Positions 1-15,064 of a stretch of DNA of 64,000 bases are shown piece after piece (within the stretch, counting starts at the first letter, position 1; every line of letters starts with the position of its first letter). Under the pieces are notes generated by a model. That model saw nothing but the letters and a program-made list of their open reading frames with translations. It had not been told where the DNA came from and ran no database searches. The translations under genes and the position numbers were made by a program. The DNA is from Eledone cirrhosa (taxonomy: Eukaryota): positions 8,742,001 to 8,806,000 of the forward strand of contig OZ024755.1 in assembly GCA_964016885.1 (NCBI GenBank), written 5' to 3'.

Positions 1-791
1 CACTCGAGATCGATATTTTGTCTGGAATGAAATATCAAACATATATATATACATGTAAACACATCTGAGATCTTTCAGTGGCGCAATATAGCATTAAAAT
101 ATAATATTATATTACCTTGATAAAGAATAACTGAAAAATTTATTTTGGTTTTAGCGATGAGTGTTATATTTCATAACATTCAATTTATGCCTGAAGTAGG
201 TGTGTTAAATATGGGATTGCTAGAAAATCCTAGAAAGATTAAGCTAACCATTTCAGAAAGATCGACAACGTTTTAAGTACAGTTCAGTATATCCATAAGG
301 AATATTGATGCAGAATACTGCATCTGTAAGCAGATATATGAAGTTGTATATACTGCATGTAGTATACATGAGCCCTGAACACTTGATCGGTTCACAAGTG
401 CACAGTAGTTATATGCTGCATGTCATCGTCATTTAAATCCGATGGAGCACACACAGGTCTATGCAGAAGTATGAGAGTAGATAGAATATCAGATACACAT
501 TTTGTTTTTATATAGTATAAGTTGGAGAGGTCAGCTGGACTAGACTTAACCTAAGGTAAACAAAACTCAGATGAGTATTTGGCAACAGAACAAGAAAAAA
601 AACTGTTATTATATCATATAATATAGTTCATATATAGATGTATATATATATATATTGACATTCATATAGAATGGCTTTATTAATAGAATATCAGATATTA
701 AGCTGTAGTACTACAGAAACTTTGTAAGTTACGATGTAAATAATATAACTAACCATCATGGAAGACCGCACAACAGACACACACAGCACCC

Positions 792-825
<34 letters not shown>

Positions 826-1921
826 AAATAATATACATCTTTAGCCCTCCCTTGGTATTAGGTGTACTGTCTATATTTATAGGTATGAAATCATTCCTGT
901 AAATGCATATATAGTCGTAATATATATGTGTTTATGTGTGTGCATCGTATCTATTTTCATGTGATCATTGGTCATCGTACGTTCTACATGTAAGCTCACA
1001 CATACCTGTTTATATACACATATGTGTAAGCTTGTATGTATACATTTAAATATGGAAACCCATGTGTATGTTTAATATTAAATAAACATACATAAAACCT
1101 ATATATTTTCAAATATACACCATGTATATTTGTGTATATTTTTGTACGTATATATGCTATTGTACATGCCTACATTTGAAAGTATATTAACATGTGTTTG
1201 AGCGTGTATGTATTTATATTATGTGCATGTACATTTAGATAACAATATGACTGATGTCTTTATGTATATGAGCATAGTAATGCATATATATATGAGTTTA
1301 TATAGTGATATACAGATAAATTTATATATAAATATATATTATATATACATACACACATATATATAGATAGATAGATAGATATATTGTGTGCGCATGTGTT
1401 TACATATATGTATATATACATATATACATACATATATAAATATACATGCTTACATTTATATATATATATATATATATATTTATATTTATTTATATATTCT
1501 TGTGTATACATTTACTTTTATATCTCAATTTTACTATATAAGCCATAAATATTCGATACATACGCATATACACATATATATTAATATATCAAAATAAGAC
1601 ACACTTGTATGTACATACGTAAATCGGCTGGCATTTTTTTTTATTTTTTATTAAATGTAGTTCATTTCGTATATACATACAGACACGAACGCACATTCAT
1701 GCGCACTCTCACAGACACGTAAATATAGACAAAAAATAATAACCACCATCATTATTCGATCGAATACACCAATAATTCACCAGCCATGATAAGATAACTG
1801 TGTATGTGTGTTCTAAGTAATCAACTGTGTCTTTATTCGAAACCAATCAAAATCGTTTATGTTTGCTTGGCTTTATCGATTTATTATTTGTTGTATATAT
1901 ATATATATGTGTGTATGTATG

Positions 1922-1975
<54 letters not shown>

Positions 1976-3540
1976 CAAATCTTTACGAAACATTTGTCAT
2001 TTCATAACTATGAATATAAATTTTCTATCTATTTTCTTTCACGCATCATATAATCTCATCATCAATGATTTCCGTCTTGTTTTTTTCTCTATATGTTTGT
2101 TATTTCTTTTATGTTTATCTTAAACTTTATATTTCCTATCTTTAGTACATAATGTAGACAATATATTCCTAAAATTAATGAACTATTTAATTTATTACAA
2201 GTTAAAATCGATAAGATGAAAAACAAAATCACTCCAAACATTCAACCGCATATTAACTTCATATATATGTGTGTTTGAAAGAATATATATGTATGTGTAT
2301 ATACTAGTGTTTCTGTGTGTGAGTTAGTGTATATATACATGTATTTCTTTGTGTATTTGCATGCCTGTACGCAAGGTGATATAGTGGAGCCTGTGTGAAT
2401 GAGAAAATGTGAGCATGTACATATATGTTCCAGTGTGGGCTTTGCGATATGAGTACAAGTAGGTCTGATTGCATATATCTTCATTTTTCAGTGTATATTG
2501 TTTGTTCTTGTAATTCAAAGTTTTTTTTTTTTGTTTGCCTCAATCTAGTATATATAAACAAAATTCTAAATTTTCCTAACGCTTCACCGTTCGATACAGA
2601 TTTTATTTGTTTTATTTATCATTTCATCTGTTTTTATTTTGTGTGCTTGTTTTTCCTTCTTATTCATTTTAGTGTTGGTGGTGGGGGATACCTGAGTTTG
2701 ACATTGTTATAGTCTGCCTAATATAATTTAAGAATACAACAACAATAACAATAATAAATAATGATGATGATGTTTTGTGTATTATTGTTACAAAGGTACA
2801 TTCCTTCAAACAATGAAAATATAGTACATGGAATAGTTAAGTCTGTAGAGCGTCAGACAAACTTATCTGTTATTTAGTTATAAGCGTACATGGCATTCTC
2901 TCAAATTTGCTTTTCTTTACTCCGTCGTTCCAAACCTGTGAATTATTGGAGTTGACATTTATTCGGCCAAATCATCCAATCCCTAAGCTTCTGACCTGGT
3001 CCCTGAATCAGAAACTATTATGATTCTGTAGTTTTCACAAAAGTTATGTTTGTTCAACATCAAATCACTACCCACCACCTCAGGTATTCAGCACAAATTT
3101 TAATATTTTAAGATTCAACAACACAACTAATAATCGAAATATAATTAAATAATACATCATTACATACTATAGACATTTCTATGTTTAACTACACAATTAC
3201 ATGAAGTGAATATTAGAGGCTAATATACAACAAACACGAATCTCCCGTTTCACCATTGATACCAAATTCAGATAAATACCACCAATCTTACAGCAAATGT
3301 AATCTATGCATCATACATATATTTGATGTACTTTTAATCCACTAGTTCCATAAGTATGATATGTACTGATAAGCTCATAACAAAACATTACAATTGTCCA
3401 GGGTGTTCGACTATATATACTTGACGAATGAAAATAAAACTCACTAAATTTCATCGGTTATCCTCACTTCATATTCACTATTAATAGGTAGCTTTGCTAA
3501 TAACCATGATTACAAATATGTATATATATCCATGTATGGA

Positions 3541-3587
<47 letters not shown>

Positions 3588-3795
3588 GCGCACAAACTTA
3601 CTTTAAGTATGGTAGAAAAATTGTTTCACTTCCATCAAGCATATTGCAGATATTTGATAAAAAATGTGGCAATATATCAGATGATGGCATTGAAATAGAG
3701 AAGGTCAGAGTGTCGGTAATATATTTACTATGAATTACTATATAAGGTGGATCTTTACCGCTGCCGTTAACTTCACTCAGTCAAACATTATTACA

Positions 3796-3990
3796 GGGCA
3801 GTGAATTGGTAGTATAGAGGGTAGAGGGTTGGACGCCATGCTTTCCAGCATAGTTACGTCCTTTTACGGTCTGAGTTCAAATCGAGTCGAGGTTAACTTT
3901 GCTTTTCATCCTTACGGGGTCGATAAAATAACGTACCAGTAATGCACTGGGTATTTGCTGGGTTTGTGCCAAAAGTGGGAAACAATTATT
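3796..3990 (+). mobile_element. tRNA-derived SINE (dominant family, short-3' form)
   Basis: A-box-like TGGTAGTATAG, B-box GAGTTCAAATC, core GAGGTTAACTTTGC.TTTCATCCTTACGGGGTCGATAAAATA, ATT tail. Confidence 0.85.
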
Positions 3991-4029
3991 ACATGCAAAG
4001 AGTAATAAAAGTGAAGTGATAGGTATTGG

Positions 4030-4119
<90 letters not shown>

Positions 4120-4122
<3 letters not shown>

Positions 4123-4245
4123 ATAATAATAAATTTGAAAACTAAAATCCAAAGAGGGCTCGATAAGGATAAATATATATCAAATATATAAGAACTCTAG
4201 AGCAAATATTTATTAAAATAACATTTTATTTTAATATATATGTTA

Positions 4246-4252
<7 letters not shown>
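4120..4252 (-). mobile_element. Family A truncated copy (tail arm plus tiny inverted end) in (TA)n
   Basis: Reverse complement of about 4860-4958; flanked by (TA)n on both sides. Confidence 0.75.
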
Positions 4253-4328
<76 letters not shown>

Positions 4329-4592
4329 GTGTGTGTGTATCTGTGTTTGTGTGTATGTATGTGTGTGTGTTTGTTTATCTCTGTGTGTGTGAATGGCTGT
4401 CTGAGTGTATGTAGGTCTTTGTATCTATGTGAACGATTTCCTATGCATAAGACAACGAACATTAACTGTAGCAAGATTCAGTATATATGTAGAATATATT
4501 CCACAATGTAACGTCGAAGTCATTATCAGTTAATACATATATAAGTGTATTTATGAGTATGATGTACGTATGTACATATCTCTCTCTCTGGG

Positions 4593-4638
<46 letters not shown>

Positions 4639-4685
4639 CATCTTGAATTTAAAACTGACTTTTGAATTGCACTTCAAAATCAAAG

Positions 4686-4749
<64 letters not shown>

Positions 4750-4803
4750 TAAAATAACAGATTAAAGTTTAAGCAAAGAATCGCTGCTTTAACCCTTAAC
4801 GGG

Positions 4804-4854
4804 AGTTTCAGAAGATCCCTATAAGAGTGAAAGCAGCGATTCTTTGCTTAAACT
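4804..4854 (+). ncRNA. Second family A HHR copy, stem II partly mutated, distal stem I 5' strand missing
   Basis: AGUUU CAGAAGA UCCCUAUAAGAGU GAAA GCAG cgauucu UUGCUU AAACU; direct repeat of 5268-5318. Confidence 0.55.
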
Positions 4855-5251
4855 TTAATCTGTATTTTAATAAATATTTGCTCTACGGTTCTTATATATT
4901 TGATATATATTTATCCTTATCGAGCCCTCTTTGGATTTTAGTCTTCAAATTTATTATTTTCTTTGCGTGCTATTGTTCTCCACGCTCCACATATGACTTA
5001 TTATCTTCGTTTTTTTCGTTCATTGCCAGAGAACGTCTCTATGCACCACCTAAGAGAACATTAGTCTACGACCTCTTTTATACCATAAACGTGGTTCTGT
5101 CTTTGCGCGTAATTGTTTTTCACCGCTCCTATTAATGACGTATTATTCGTTTTTTCCCGTTCTTTGCCAGCGAACGTCACCACGAACCAAAGTATCGTCT
5201 TCCTGTCTTCCTCCAGTTGCAACGTTTTTTGAAATATCCAGTTCTGCGTTT

Positions 5252-5327
5252 ACAGATTGACTTTGTTAGTTTCAGAAGATCCCGTTAAGGGTGAAAGCAG
5301 CGATTCTTTGTTTAAACTTTAATCTGT
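5252..5327 (+). ncRNA. Extended type I hammerhead ribozyme, variant core (CAGAAGA; family A)
   Basis: Distal stem I ACAGAUUGA (5252-60)/UUAAUCUGU (5319-27), 7-nt bulge, proximal stem I AGUUU/AAACU, core CAGAAGA (U4A), stem II (U)CCC guuaa GGG(U), GAAA, stem III AGCAG/UUGYU. Predicted cut after 5313 (CUU in other copies, UUU here). Confidence 0.65.
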
Positions 5328-5329
5328 TA

Positions 5330-5397
<68 letters not shown>

Positions 5398-5639
5398 TTC
5401 GTGCGTGTGTGTGTCTGTGAATTATAGTGTGTATTCTTGTTTGTGTTGGGGTCTTTGTGTCAGTATATTGCTGGGCATGTATATGATCAATATATGTGTG
5501 CGTGTGTATGTGTGTGTGTATGTGTATGTGTGTGTGTGTGTGCAAGTGTTCATGAAGTTAGCCATTTCAAGACTGTGAAGACTAATTTAACCATATTCCT
5601 CATAATTTTCATCTTCCCAATCAATTTCATATTCATACT

Positions 5640-5972
<333 letters not shown>

Positions 5973-5987
5973 ATAGCGAGTACTTAT

Positions 5988-6204
5988 GGTAGAATATTGG
6001 CAAAAATATTAGCGCGTGAGACCAAATGTTCTGTGTTTTTTCTTCCGTCTCTTTACGTTGTATTCAATTCCCGCGGAGTGTAACTTTACCTTCCATCCTT
6101 TCGGCTTTGATAAAATAAAATGGCAATTCTGTACTGGGGTTAATTTAGCCGATATTTCCCTTCCACCAAAATGCTGGCTTTGCGCCAATGTCACAAATAA
6201 TTAT
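5988..6204 (+). mobile_element. Diverged SINE (long-3' form)
   Basis: TAACTTTACCTTCCATCCTTTCGG..GATAAAATAAA...GCTGGCTTTGCGCC. Confidence 0.6.
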
Positions 6205-6667
6205 ATAATCTGTTTGGATAACGCTATCTGTAAAGAGCTGCTTCGAACGCGACTATGATATCTACAGTTGTCATAATTCCAGTTTTTAATGCATATTTTT
6301 ATCTTCTCAAGGCTAATATCTTTCTTGTATCCTTCAGCATTCTAGGATAGATAAAACAGCTACCCTTGTGATACGGCTTCTACATAATCTAACATTGGCT
6401 TAACCAAAAGAAATTATTATAAATCTCATACCTGAAGCCTTGCGCCTATTTTAGAAATGATGGTTTGTACAGTGAATATTATGATTACTAAATTTTCTAC
6501 GGTCTGTTGTGTCTGAACAAGACCGGAGACACTACTTTTCTGGGTATATACGCAGTATCAAGCAGCACAGTCATATGTACGAGAGCAATTTGTTTTTGGG
6601 GGTCTATTTGCTTAGGATACTTTCTGTTTTATTGGTATCAAGCCTCAAAGCTCCTGTAATTATTATT

Positions 6668-6862
6668 GTGGATTGGCAGTATCGGTCCGGGTCGGACGCC
6701 ATGCTTTGACGCATAGAGTTACGGCCCTTGCCATTCTGAGTTCAAATCCGCAGAGGTTAACTTTGCCTTCATCCTTACGGGGTCGATAAAATAAAGTACC
6801 AGTAATGCACTGGGTAATTGCTGGCCTTGTGCCAAAAGTAGAAACAATTATTATTATTATTA
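6668..6862 (+). mobile_element. tRNA-derived SINE
   Basis: Near full-length copy with (ATT)n tail. Confidence 0.9.
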
Positions 6863-7192
6863 CTGATGACATTTGTTATCATTTATCACTTATAAACTTA
6901 TAATCTATTCATCGTTAGATGAATGGGCAGAAATTGAAGAGGAACGGGACTTAATCCCTTGTGGCATAAGTTTCGTATAATGACACAACTCCAATTCAAA
7001 TCCTGCCAAGGAGGGTTAACTTGATCTTTCCCCTCATTTGGGATAAATTATTTAAGTACCAATAGAAGTCTGAAGTTGCTTCAATTGCCCATATCTTCTC
7101 TTCTGCAAAACTTTGCCTTTTTGTCTATAAAAAGTAAACACTTCCTTCTTTCATATCATGAACAATTGTTAATGTTTTCATTATTATTATTA

Positions 7193-7227
<35 letters not shown>

Positions 7228-8337
7228 TAATTCCACCTGTCACACATTATTTCTAGTAATATTTTGCATTTCAGTATGATACCTTCTTTTGTTAAACATT
7301 TTGCTTTGTTGCTTTCAGCAATCTTTTCTTCCCTTCTTCCAATAAATGTTACCATGATTCATTCATCATCGTTCAATCTTCTATCTTCTACTTATAATAT
7401 ACACATATGTGTATATTTGGGTAGCTAATGATCTCCAATTTGAAATGGAATCCGTGTGGGAAACATTGTACACATACACATGGTATATTCATTTCACTGT
7501 GTAACTATGAAATAACATTGCCTGGAACTGTTACCAATTTATGAACAGTCTTTTGGCTAGCTTTATTAGTTGGGAAGATATATAAATAAAATTGGCAAGC
7601 ATTTTAAAAAATGTGTTTTTGTTTTCCTTTCCATTGAATTGTTGTTGAACTTGTTATTGTTGTTGTATATTCTCTACCGTATTAAAATATGCATATATAT
7701 GTATTTGTATATCAATATATCAAACATAAGTTATTTTATCACGGATATACTGAAATTCTCAATAAAGGATACCTATAAATACCACTTATACATATATAAT
7801 TATATAATTATATCAATAATTATATATATATATATATATATTTGTGTGTGTGTCTGTGTGTCTGTGTGTTTGTGTGTATGTGTGTATGTGTATGTGTGTG
7901 TGTGTACGAATAATGAAACTATGGTTATATTAAGACTCAAGATTAAAGTTCAAAACTTACAAGATGATACAAAAATCGAAGATGCATCTGACCTCGCACG
8001 AATTAATTGAGAGGATCGCATTTTCTCATGCCAGCTCTTGCAACAGAAAATAAATAAACATATCTGTTGGTATGATGATGTTTGATGAGAACAACACTGA
8101 CCAAACAAAAGAGAGCGAGAACGTGTCAGTAGTTGAAAGGAAGTAATGGTGAGTAGCGTGTCAGTAACTGAAAGGAATGGTATATCTTTATGGCGGAAGG
8201 AGCAGGAATCGAAGTGACAGTAGTAGCATCAAGCGTGAGAAGGGACAAGTGAAAGTAGGAGAGGGAGAGAGAGAGAGAGAGAGAGGAAGGAAGGAAGAAA
8301 TGTTAATATATATATATATATGATTATTCTTTATAAT

Positions 8338-8522
8338 TGTCTCTACCTTAGGCACAAGGCCAGCAATTACCCAGTGCATTACTGGTACTTTATTTTATCG
8401 ACCCCGTAAGGATGAAAGGCAAAGTCAACCTCGGCGGCATTTGAACTCAGATCGTAAAGGGACGTAACTATGCTGGAAAGCATGGCGTCCGACCCTCTAC
8501 TGATACTGCCAATCCCCCGCCC
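8338..8522 (-). mobile_element. Full-length tRNA-derived SINE with 16-bp TSD
   Basis: TSD GATTATTCTTTATAAT at 8322-8337 and 8523-8538. Confidence 0.92.
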
Positions 8523-10456
8523 GATTATTCTTTATAATGCTTACTGTTATGTATGTCATTTTCTAAAGTTTACTAAATCTTCTAGAAATAACAGCAAATT
8601 TTTCCTTGGATCCATATTCAATAGAATATTCAGACTGACAACTTTGTTGCATCATGAGTTTTATGACATATTTCCGAGAAGTTTATATCTTGTTTTTGAA
8701 TTCTAATTCTTCGATGGTTAACATTATCTTGCTTCTCTGTTATGCCATTAACATAATTATTAATCCGACTGCATTGTTGATTCCATCAATCATCATTACA
8801 CTTACAATACTTTACCAATTCAAAATCAATTAGGTTTAGGTCCACCTGTTGTCTGAGCGAACTAAGAACATATCAATCTCCACTGCGATCACCTTCTCAT
8901 TATATATTCTTAGCTCCTTGATAACAATTTAATTGTCCATAAACCACCGAGTGTTTTGAATAAGTCACATATATACTATTGATTGTTAAATAATTAGTTA
9001 TGCAGAGCACAGTGTATAATGGGAGATTTAGGATAAATTTAATATAGATATAATGGTAGATTTAAGATAAATATAGATATAATTAAAGCGTTTGAATTGG
9101 AATCTTCGGTATAAAAACAAGGTAGTGTACAATGTAACTGATCACGAGATCAATTCACATGACTTGCATTCGTTAGCCAAGGTAAATAATTGAATAATGT
9201 AATAGTTATGCAGAAGAGTGGGATTTAAGAATTTATTGTTTGGTAATTAAATGTTTATAATTTAAATGAGTAAGTTCCCAAACAAATGCAAGTCAAGGTA
9301 ATTTGACTGGCCTTTTCAGTTAGGTTGTAAACCTTGTTTGACATAAATAGCGACCATAATAAATAAAGATCCCTCTATGGATAATTTAATGATCCTTTGG
9401 TCTTGTTATATTTTCTACGATGCTGGGGTACTAACAATTCTATCTCAGGAGAAACTTCCGGCTACAAAACGTAAGATTTTCTAGCGAGACTCCGATCGAA
9501 CTCCTGACAATGAGACACGTTGCTTATTTATAATAGTCCGCCGAGTCCATTTCTTCCATCCCAAAGGGGTGTTCACCACAACAGGTAGAATCATCTGAAA
9601 AGAAACTACTCCCTGGAAAGTATAAAGAAAATCTCTTACGTTGTTTCCGTGTACAGGCAGAGAAGTAAAAAGTATGTTTATATTTGTTCTCGTTTCACAA
9701 CGGAGCTTCTAATTCAAAACAGTCGTTATATCTACATTAGATTTATCTTAAATCTACTATTGATTGTATACAAAAACAAGACTTCCTTTGGCTATAGGCC
9801 GACGTTGAGTAGCTATCTATCAAGAAATACTAATGGCTTCTTGTTAAATTTAGAATTAATGAAGAATTTATTATTTTCACAATATATAAAATAAAATGTT
9901 CTTACGTTCTTGATGAGAGACAGCAAAGTAAATATTCAATTAACGAACGGTAAAACCGAGAGAGACTATGAATAATGAATATATATATTGATTTCTTCAT
10001 TTGGCATGAGGTCACTATTTTGGAGATTGAACTTGATGGAATGAACTCCAGTGTGAAACTAATTTCTTCTTAGTTTATACTAGTATGACTTACGTGATGA
10101 TGGTTAAGTATGTAAATCTTGTTATGTTTATTTATGTGTCCGGTAAACACGTCTTTTACATCCGGACTATAGTTTGATCATTCAGCCTTTCCATTTAATG
10201 TACAGATTGGCTGATCAAAATAAACTATTGCTGTATACTAAATGATATTACAGTAAATGTAAATGAAAATGTTACTATTATTTGTAGGTAGATTGTACGT
10301 TGGATAAAATGGAGAGTAGTATTGCATTCCATCCTTATACGTTTTCTCCTCAAATTCTTCAGACATGAAGAACTGGTTTATGCTTGAGAGTCGGGCTTAG
10401 TATACTTAAATAATATTTTCAAACTGCTTCCATTAAAATATAGATTACTAAGACTT

Positions 10457-10564
<108 letters not shown>

Positions 10565-11089
10565 TTCTCTCTCCGTCTCTCTTTTCTCCTCTGTTATACA
10601 TACATACATTCATACATACACACATACATACACGTTTGTGTGTACATGTACGTGTCTGCTTAAGTGTGTGTATTTCCAGAGGGTTCATTTGTATGTACTA
10701 CTAGGTAAGGAGAATAAATAGATTACCAATATTATCAGTCAACAAATACATACAATATAACTGTTAATGCTATATACAATATAACTGTTAATAGCAATTG
10801 TTATAAACTAAAAGAACGATAAACACCTCGACCAACCAACCGAAAACAATGAAAGGAGACATTTTACTAATCATCACGTTTGTTTAAAAGTAAAGACATT
10901 AGAACGACATTGTAAATGTTGCTATAACATTAAAATAAACATGATCACAGTTCAAAGTAACCCGAGAAAATCGATAGTAAAACACATTAAATAATGACGT
11001 TACGGAAAAAAGATAGGACAATTTAGTATTTGAAGAAAGAAAAGGTGTGTGAAAAATATATTACTAAAATATGAATACTTTTAATGACA

Positions 11090-11090
<1 letters not shown>

Positions 11091-11140
<50 letters not shown>

Positions 11141-11583
11141 GATTCTGATTTAGGCAGAAGGCCAACAATTTGTGGATAGGAGAAACTTGATGAAATCAAT
11201 CCCACTGCGTTACTGGTAATTTATTTGATCGTCCCCGTAAGGATGAAAGGCAAAGCTAACCTCGGCGAGATTTGAACTCAGATCGTAAAGAGCTGTAACT
11301 CTATGTCCGGCTCTTGCTTTGTGGCATAGTTTCGGTCCTTAATGTTCTGAGTTAAAATCCCACCGGGTTTAATAATAATTATTTCTAATTTAGGCACAAG
11401 ACCAACAATATTTTGGGGAGGGGTAAATCCATTAAATCGACCCCAGTACGTGATTGGTACTTTATTTTATCGATCTCGTAGGGATAAAAGGCAAAGTTAA
11501 CCTCGGCATGATTTGAACCCAGAATGTAAAAGGCCTTAACCATATGCCGCTAAACATGTCCGACTCTCCCCGATGCTGCCAAT
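11091..11583 (-). mobile_element. Cluster of two long-form SINEs (-) with a short + strand SINE piece between; (AAT)n tail expanded
   Basis: Copies at 11139-11305 and 11371-11583; (AAT)n 11091-11138. Confidence 0.8.
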
Positions 11584-12596
11584 AATAATGGTAATAATAT
11601 ATTGAAGATATTGTATAATAAACTCTAGGAAATTCGATAATGTACAGATCAGGTTCATATAAGGATAATACAATTCCAAGAACTGGGGTTTATGCAATCG
11701 ACTGCTCTCCCTACCGGGAAGTGCGTGACAATTGTGCCTAAACATGGATTCGTCATACGTCAGTTTGGCATGACTTACAAAGAACGCACCACCAATGTAC
11801 CATGATCGAGGGCACAGATTTCTGTGGCCCGACAGCACACAATCCAGTTTTTAAATGCATTGAATAGAAAATTTATGGATCTCGAGTTATTGGTTTAGCT
11901 TCACAGCTATAATAAATGTTGCATTTCCGAATTATGTATGGGAATCATACAAATTATGCAGAGTGATTCAAGATAAACAACACATATAAAAATAAAGAAA
12001 TATTTTGTTACATGATCTTCCTACGTGGAAGATGAATCACATTGGTTTGAAAGTTATCATTTCAGATATTAATTTCCTTTGTTTTTCAAGCAGCATATTG
12101 CTGACTGAATAATAATTTCTATAAGAAAATATAAATAAATATGATAAAAAGCTGAAAATAAAACTATTAAAGTATACACGTAAAAATCAAGATAAAATAT
12201 AAAAGTGTATATTATCATCTACTCATTATATATTATCAATAGTATAATTCGTTTCCGTTTCTGTCTTTGTGTCTTTAATTTGATATTGCGAATGAGAAAT
12301 ACAGATATTCCTGTCTCGATATCGGATGCACATTGGTATTCAACTATTCAAGTTAAGCTGGTGTCATTTTTCTCTAGACTATTTCACTGTTTGGCATGTA
12401 GATATCTCAGTGTCACAATTATACGTCACATTCTAGTTATTGACTATTCTATATTCCCGAAAGTGTAGGAGGATGGCTTGTGGCATACATAAATTTTCCT
12501 TAACATTTCGTAGCATAACGGAACGAATATGGTTTCAGCTAGTAGTGGTAGCCTGTTTGTAGTGTTACCGGAGTATTGAAGTTAATGTCTTATTAT

Positions 12597-12691
12597 GCCG
12601 AGGTTAACTTTGCCTTTCATCCTTATGGGGTTGATAAAATAAAGTACCAGTAATACACTGGGTAATTGCTGGCCTTGTAGAAACAATTATT
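12597..12691 (+). mobile_element. 5'-truncated SINE
   Basis: Core and 3' end only. Confidence 0.85.
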
Positions 12692-13699
12692 TGTTCCTGC
12701 TTTCTGTAATGTGAGTTCAAATACCATCGTTGTCCATAAGGCAACAGAGAAAAAAGCACAGATATGCTTCGGCCTTATTGTATATCCTCAGCTTGCATAT
12801 CCGCTAAGCACGTTGGTTATCCTAGAACAGTTAAATAGATATTTACAACAAACGGTAGAGATGTAAATGGTCACATGAAGTGTGTATATTCAAGGTCCAC
12901 ATCGTCTGTATTTACAGAAATTGTTATAAAATATTTAGATCAGTTCAAACTAAAGAAATATCTCCCTTGCTTCATTCTCATTTTCTGAAGACTCATAAAT
13001 GCAGTTTCGCTACTGAAATTCAGATGATTGACTCAAAGTTTTGTAGATATTTCCCACTCACCAAACTGCGAGAATCCAGACTACGAGACTCTATTTGTGT
13101 ATATACAATTTAAGTTCTATCCTCGTTTTGAAATGTTCACGTTTCAAGAACTCCAACAAACCTCAGTCTAATTTCACCCACCCGTTTCCCAATATTTTTC
13201 TTACTGTCACATTTATTAACATATTACATATGTTTCTCCGCCGATCAGCTCGAGGCAGGATCGAACCCGACTATATATATATATATATATATATATATTC
13301 ACTGCAAATTCTTTGGCATTAGACAGTAACAAATAAGCTAACATTCAACGAGAGTCATAGTTGTGTGTTATTAGTGTAGAGAATGTGTTAATTTGAAATG
13401 TGATTGTTTCCATCACATTATAGGAATTGAGTGTATAGCTGTGATAGTGTGATAGTTATCTTCCTTGGTAATAAATGATACTTATTTATCATCTATTTGT
13501 AAATGAGTAACATTGGTGTAATAAACCGAGATGAACTCGATAATTAACAGATTTTTATCTAGCTATAAAATGTCATTAGGTACACATGAATATTTCTTTA
13601 AGTTTTGGAAAAGGCAATAGAATTCAAGAAATAAAGAAGACTACTCGCTTTACTAAAACGATCCTAACCACATATTACTCTATTGGAAGACAACAAAAA

Positions 13700-13777
<78 letters not shown>

Positions 13778-14176
13778 TTATTTATTTATTTATTTAGATA
13801 TATATATATATACATACAGTTATATCTGTATACATAGAGAGTGGGTTACCGAGACTGCATGAATGTGTATATAAATATACCCATATTTTATATGTAAGCC
13901 TGTAAAGAATTTACAGGAAGATATACATTTTATGAAATGCTTCCATCCGTACATATTAAAAATGTATCTACTTAGACATAACTGTAACATACATGTTAGC
14001 CGCTAGCATAATTTTTAATGTATATATAAAACTATGGCTACCCTCGATTGGACCCAAGATTTACATATATAAATAAATATATATATATATATATATATAT
14101 AAATATATATATTTAATATACAATAAAAGAGAAAACACAGGTAAGCATTAAAAAAAGGATTTTTCCTGGTATTTAC

Positions 14177-14325
<149 letters not shown>

Positions 14326-14749
14326 AATACAGAATATGGTTTTATAGGATATATATATGGCATATCTAATCATATACGTCTTTATTCTAAATCCTATATC
14401 ATTCTGTAACAATCGAACATTCAATCATACTCACTTTCTTTCTAACTCTCTTTCTCTCCCTCTCACTCTATATCTCACCTCCCTTGTCTCTCTCGAACTC
14501 TCTCTTAATGTTGATATCACTATAGTGACCCATATCTTGAACTATAACCAATAAAAACATATGTACAGTTAAACATATAAATATCCTGTCATATAGGTGC
14601 TATACTAACTTCAATAGGTATATAAGGTTGTTGTCAGATTTTTCTTCCTCCACTCTTAATTGAATCTGTAACACTAGAAACATTAATAATTCAAAGTTCG
14701 ATACGCTTAATTAATTTAACACCTGTATATGTTCGTTAAGTGTACAAAC

Positions 14750-14890
14750 AGGTGTCATTGGGGTTAAGTTGTTGGGCTTATTATGCTCATAAGGTCAAAA
14801 GTTCAAATACCTGACTGGATGATGCGTTGTCTTTGAGCAAGGCACTTCATAAAAGACAGATCCTTTTTCACTGAGCTGAAAATGAGTATC
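14750..14890 (+). mobile_element. Diverged tRNA-headed SINE
   Basis: GTTCAAATAC B-box-like, then TGTCTTTGAGCAAGGCACTT...CTGAGCTGAAAATGAGTA. Confidence 0.45.
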
Positions 14891-15021
14891 TGTGGTAGCC
14901 GAGATGGAGAAGAGGATGTCGTTGGATAGGTTATACGATACACTGGGCACGTTCGAGCTAGTCATGCGGGCTATTTATTTTCGAAAGTATATATACACAC
15001 ACACATACACACACACACATT

Positions 15022-15054
<33 letters not shown>

Positions 15055-15064
15055 ATGTGTGTGT

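Larger units (their letters stand above)
4748..5337 (+). mobile_element. Family A PLE/retrozyme-like element: inverted arm + one full monomer + partial repeat, in (TA)n
   Basis: Inverted arm 4748-4803 complements 5280-5337. Direct repeats at 4804 and 5268 have a 464-bp period. Internal 140-bp duplication (4961 vs 5101). (TA)n on both sides; no ORF. Confidence 0.75.

Noticed and set aside
8470-8706. ORFs starting MLESMASD (also at 58738-59037)
   Set aside because: The shared N-terminus comes from the antisense SINE head, not a gene family.
9440-9476. 22-nt micro-exon with CTAAC branch point and GTAAG donor
   Set aside because: Too short to distinguish from chance without transcript data.
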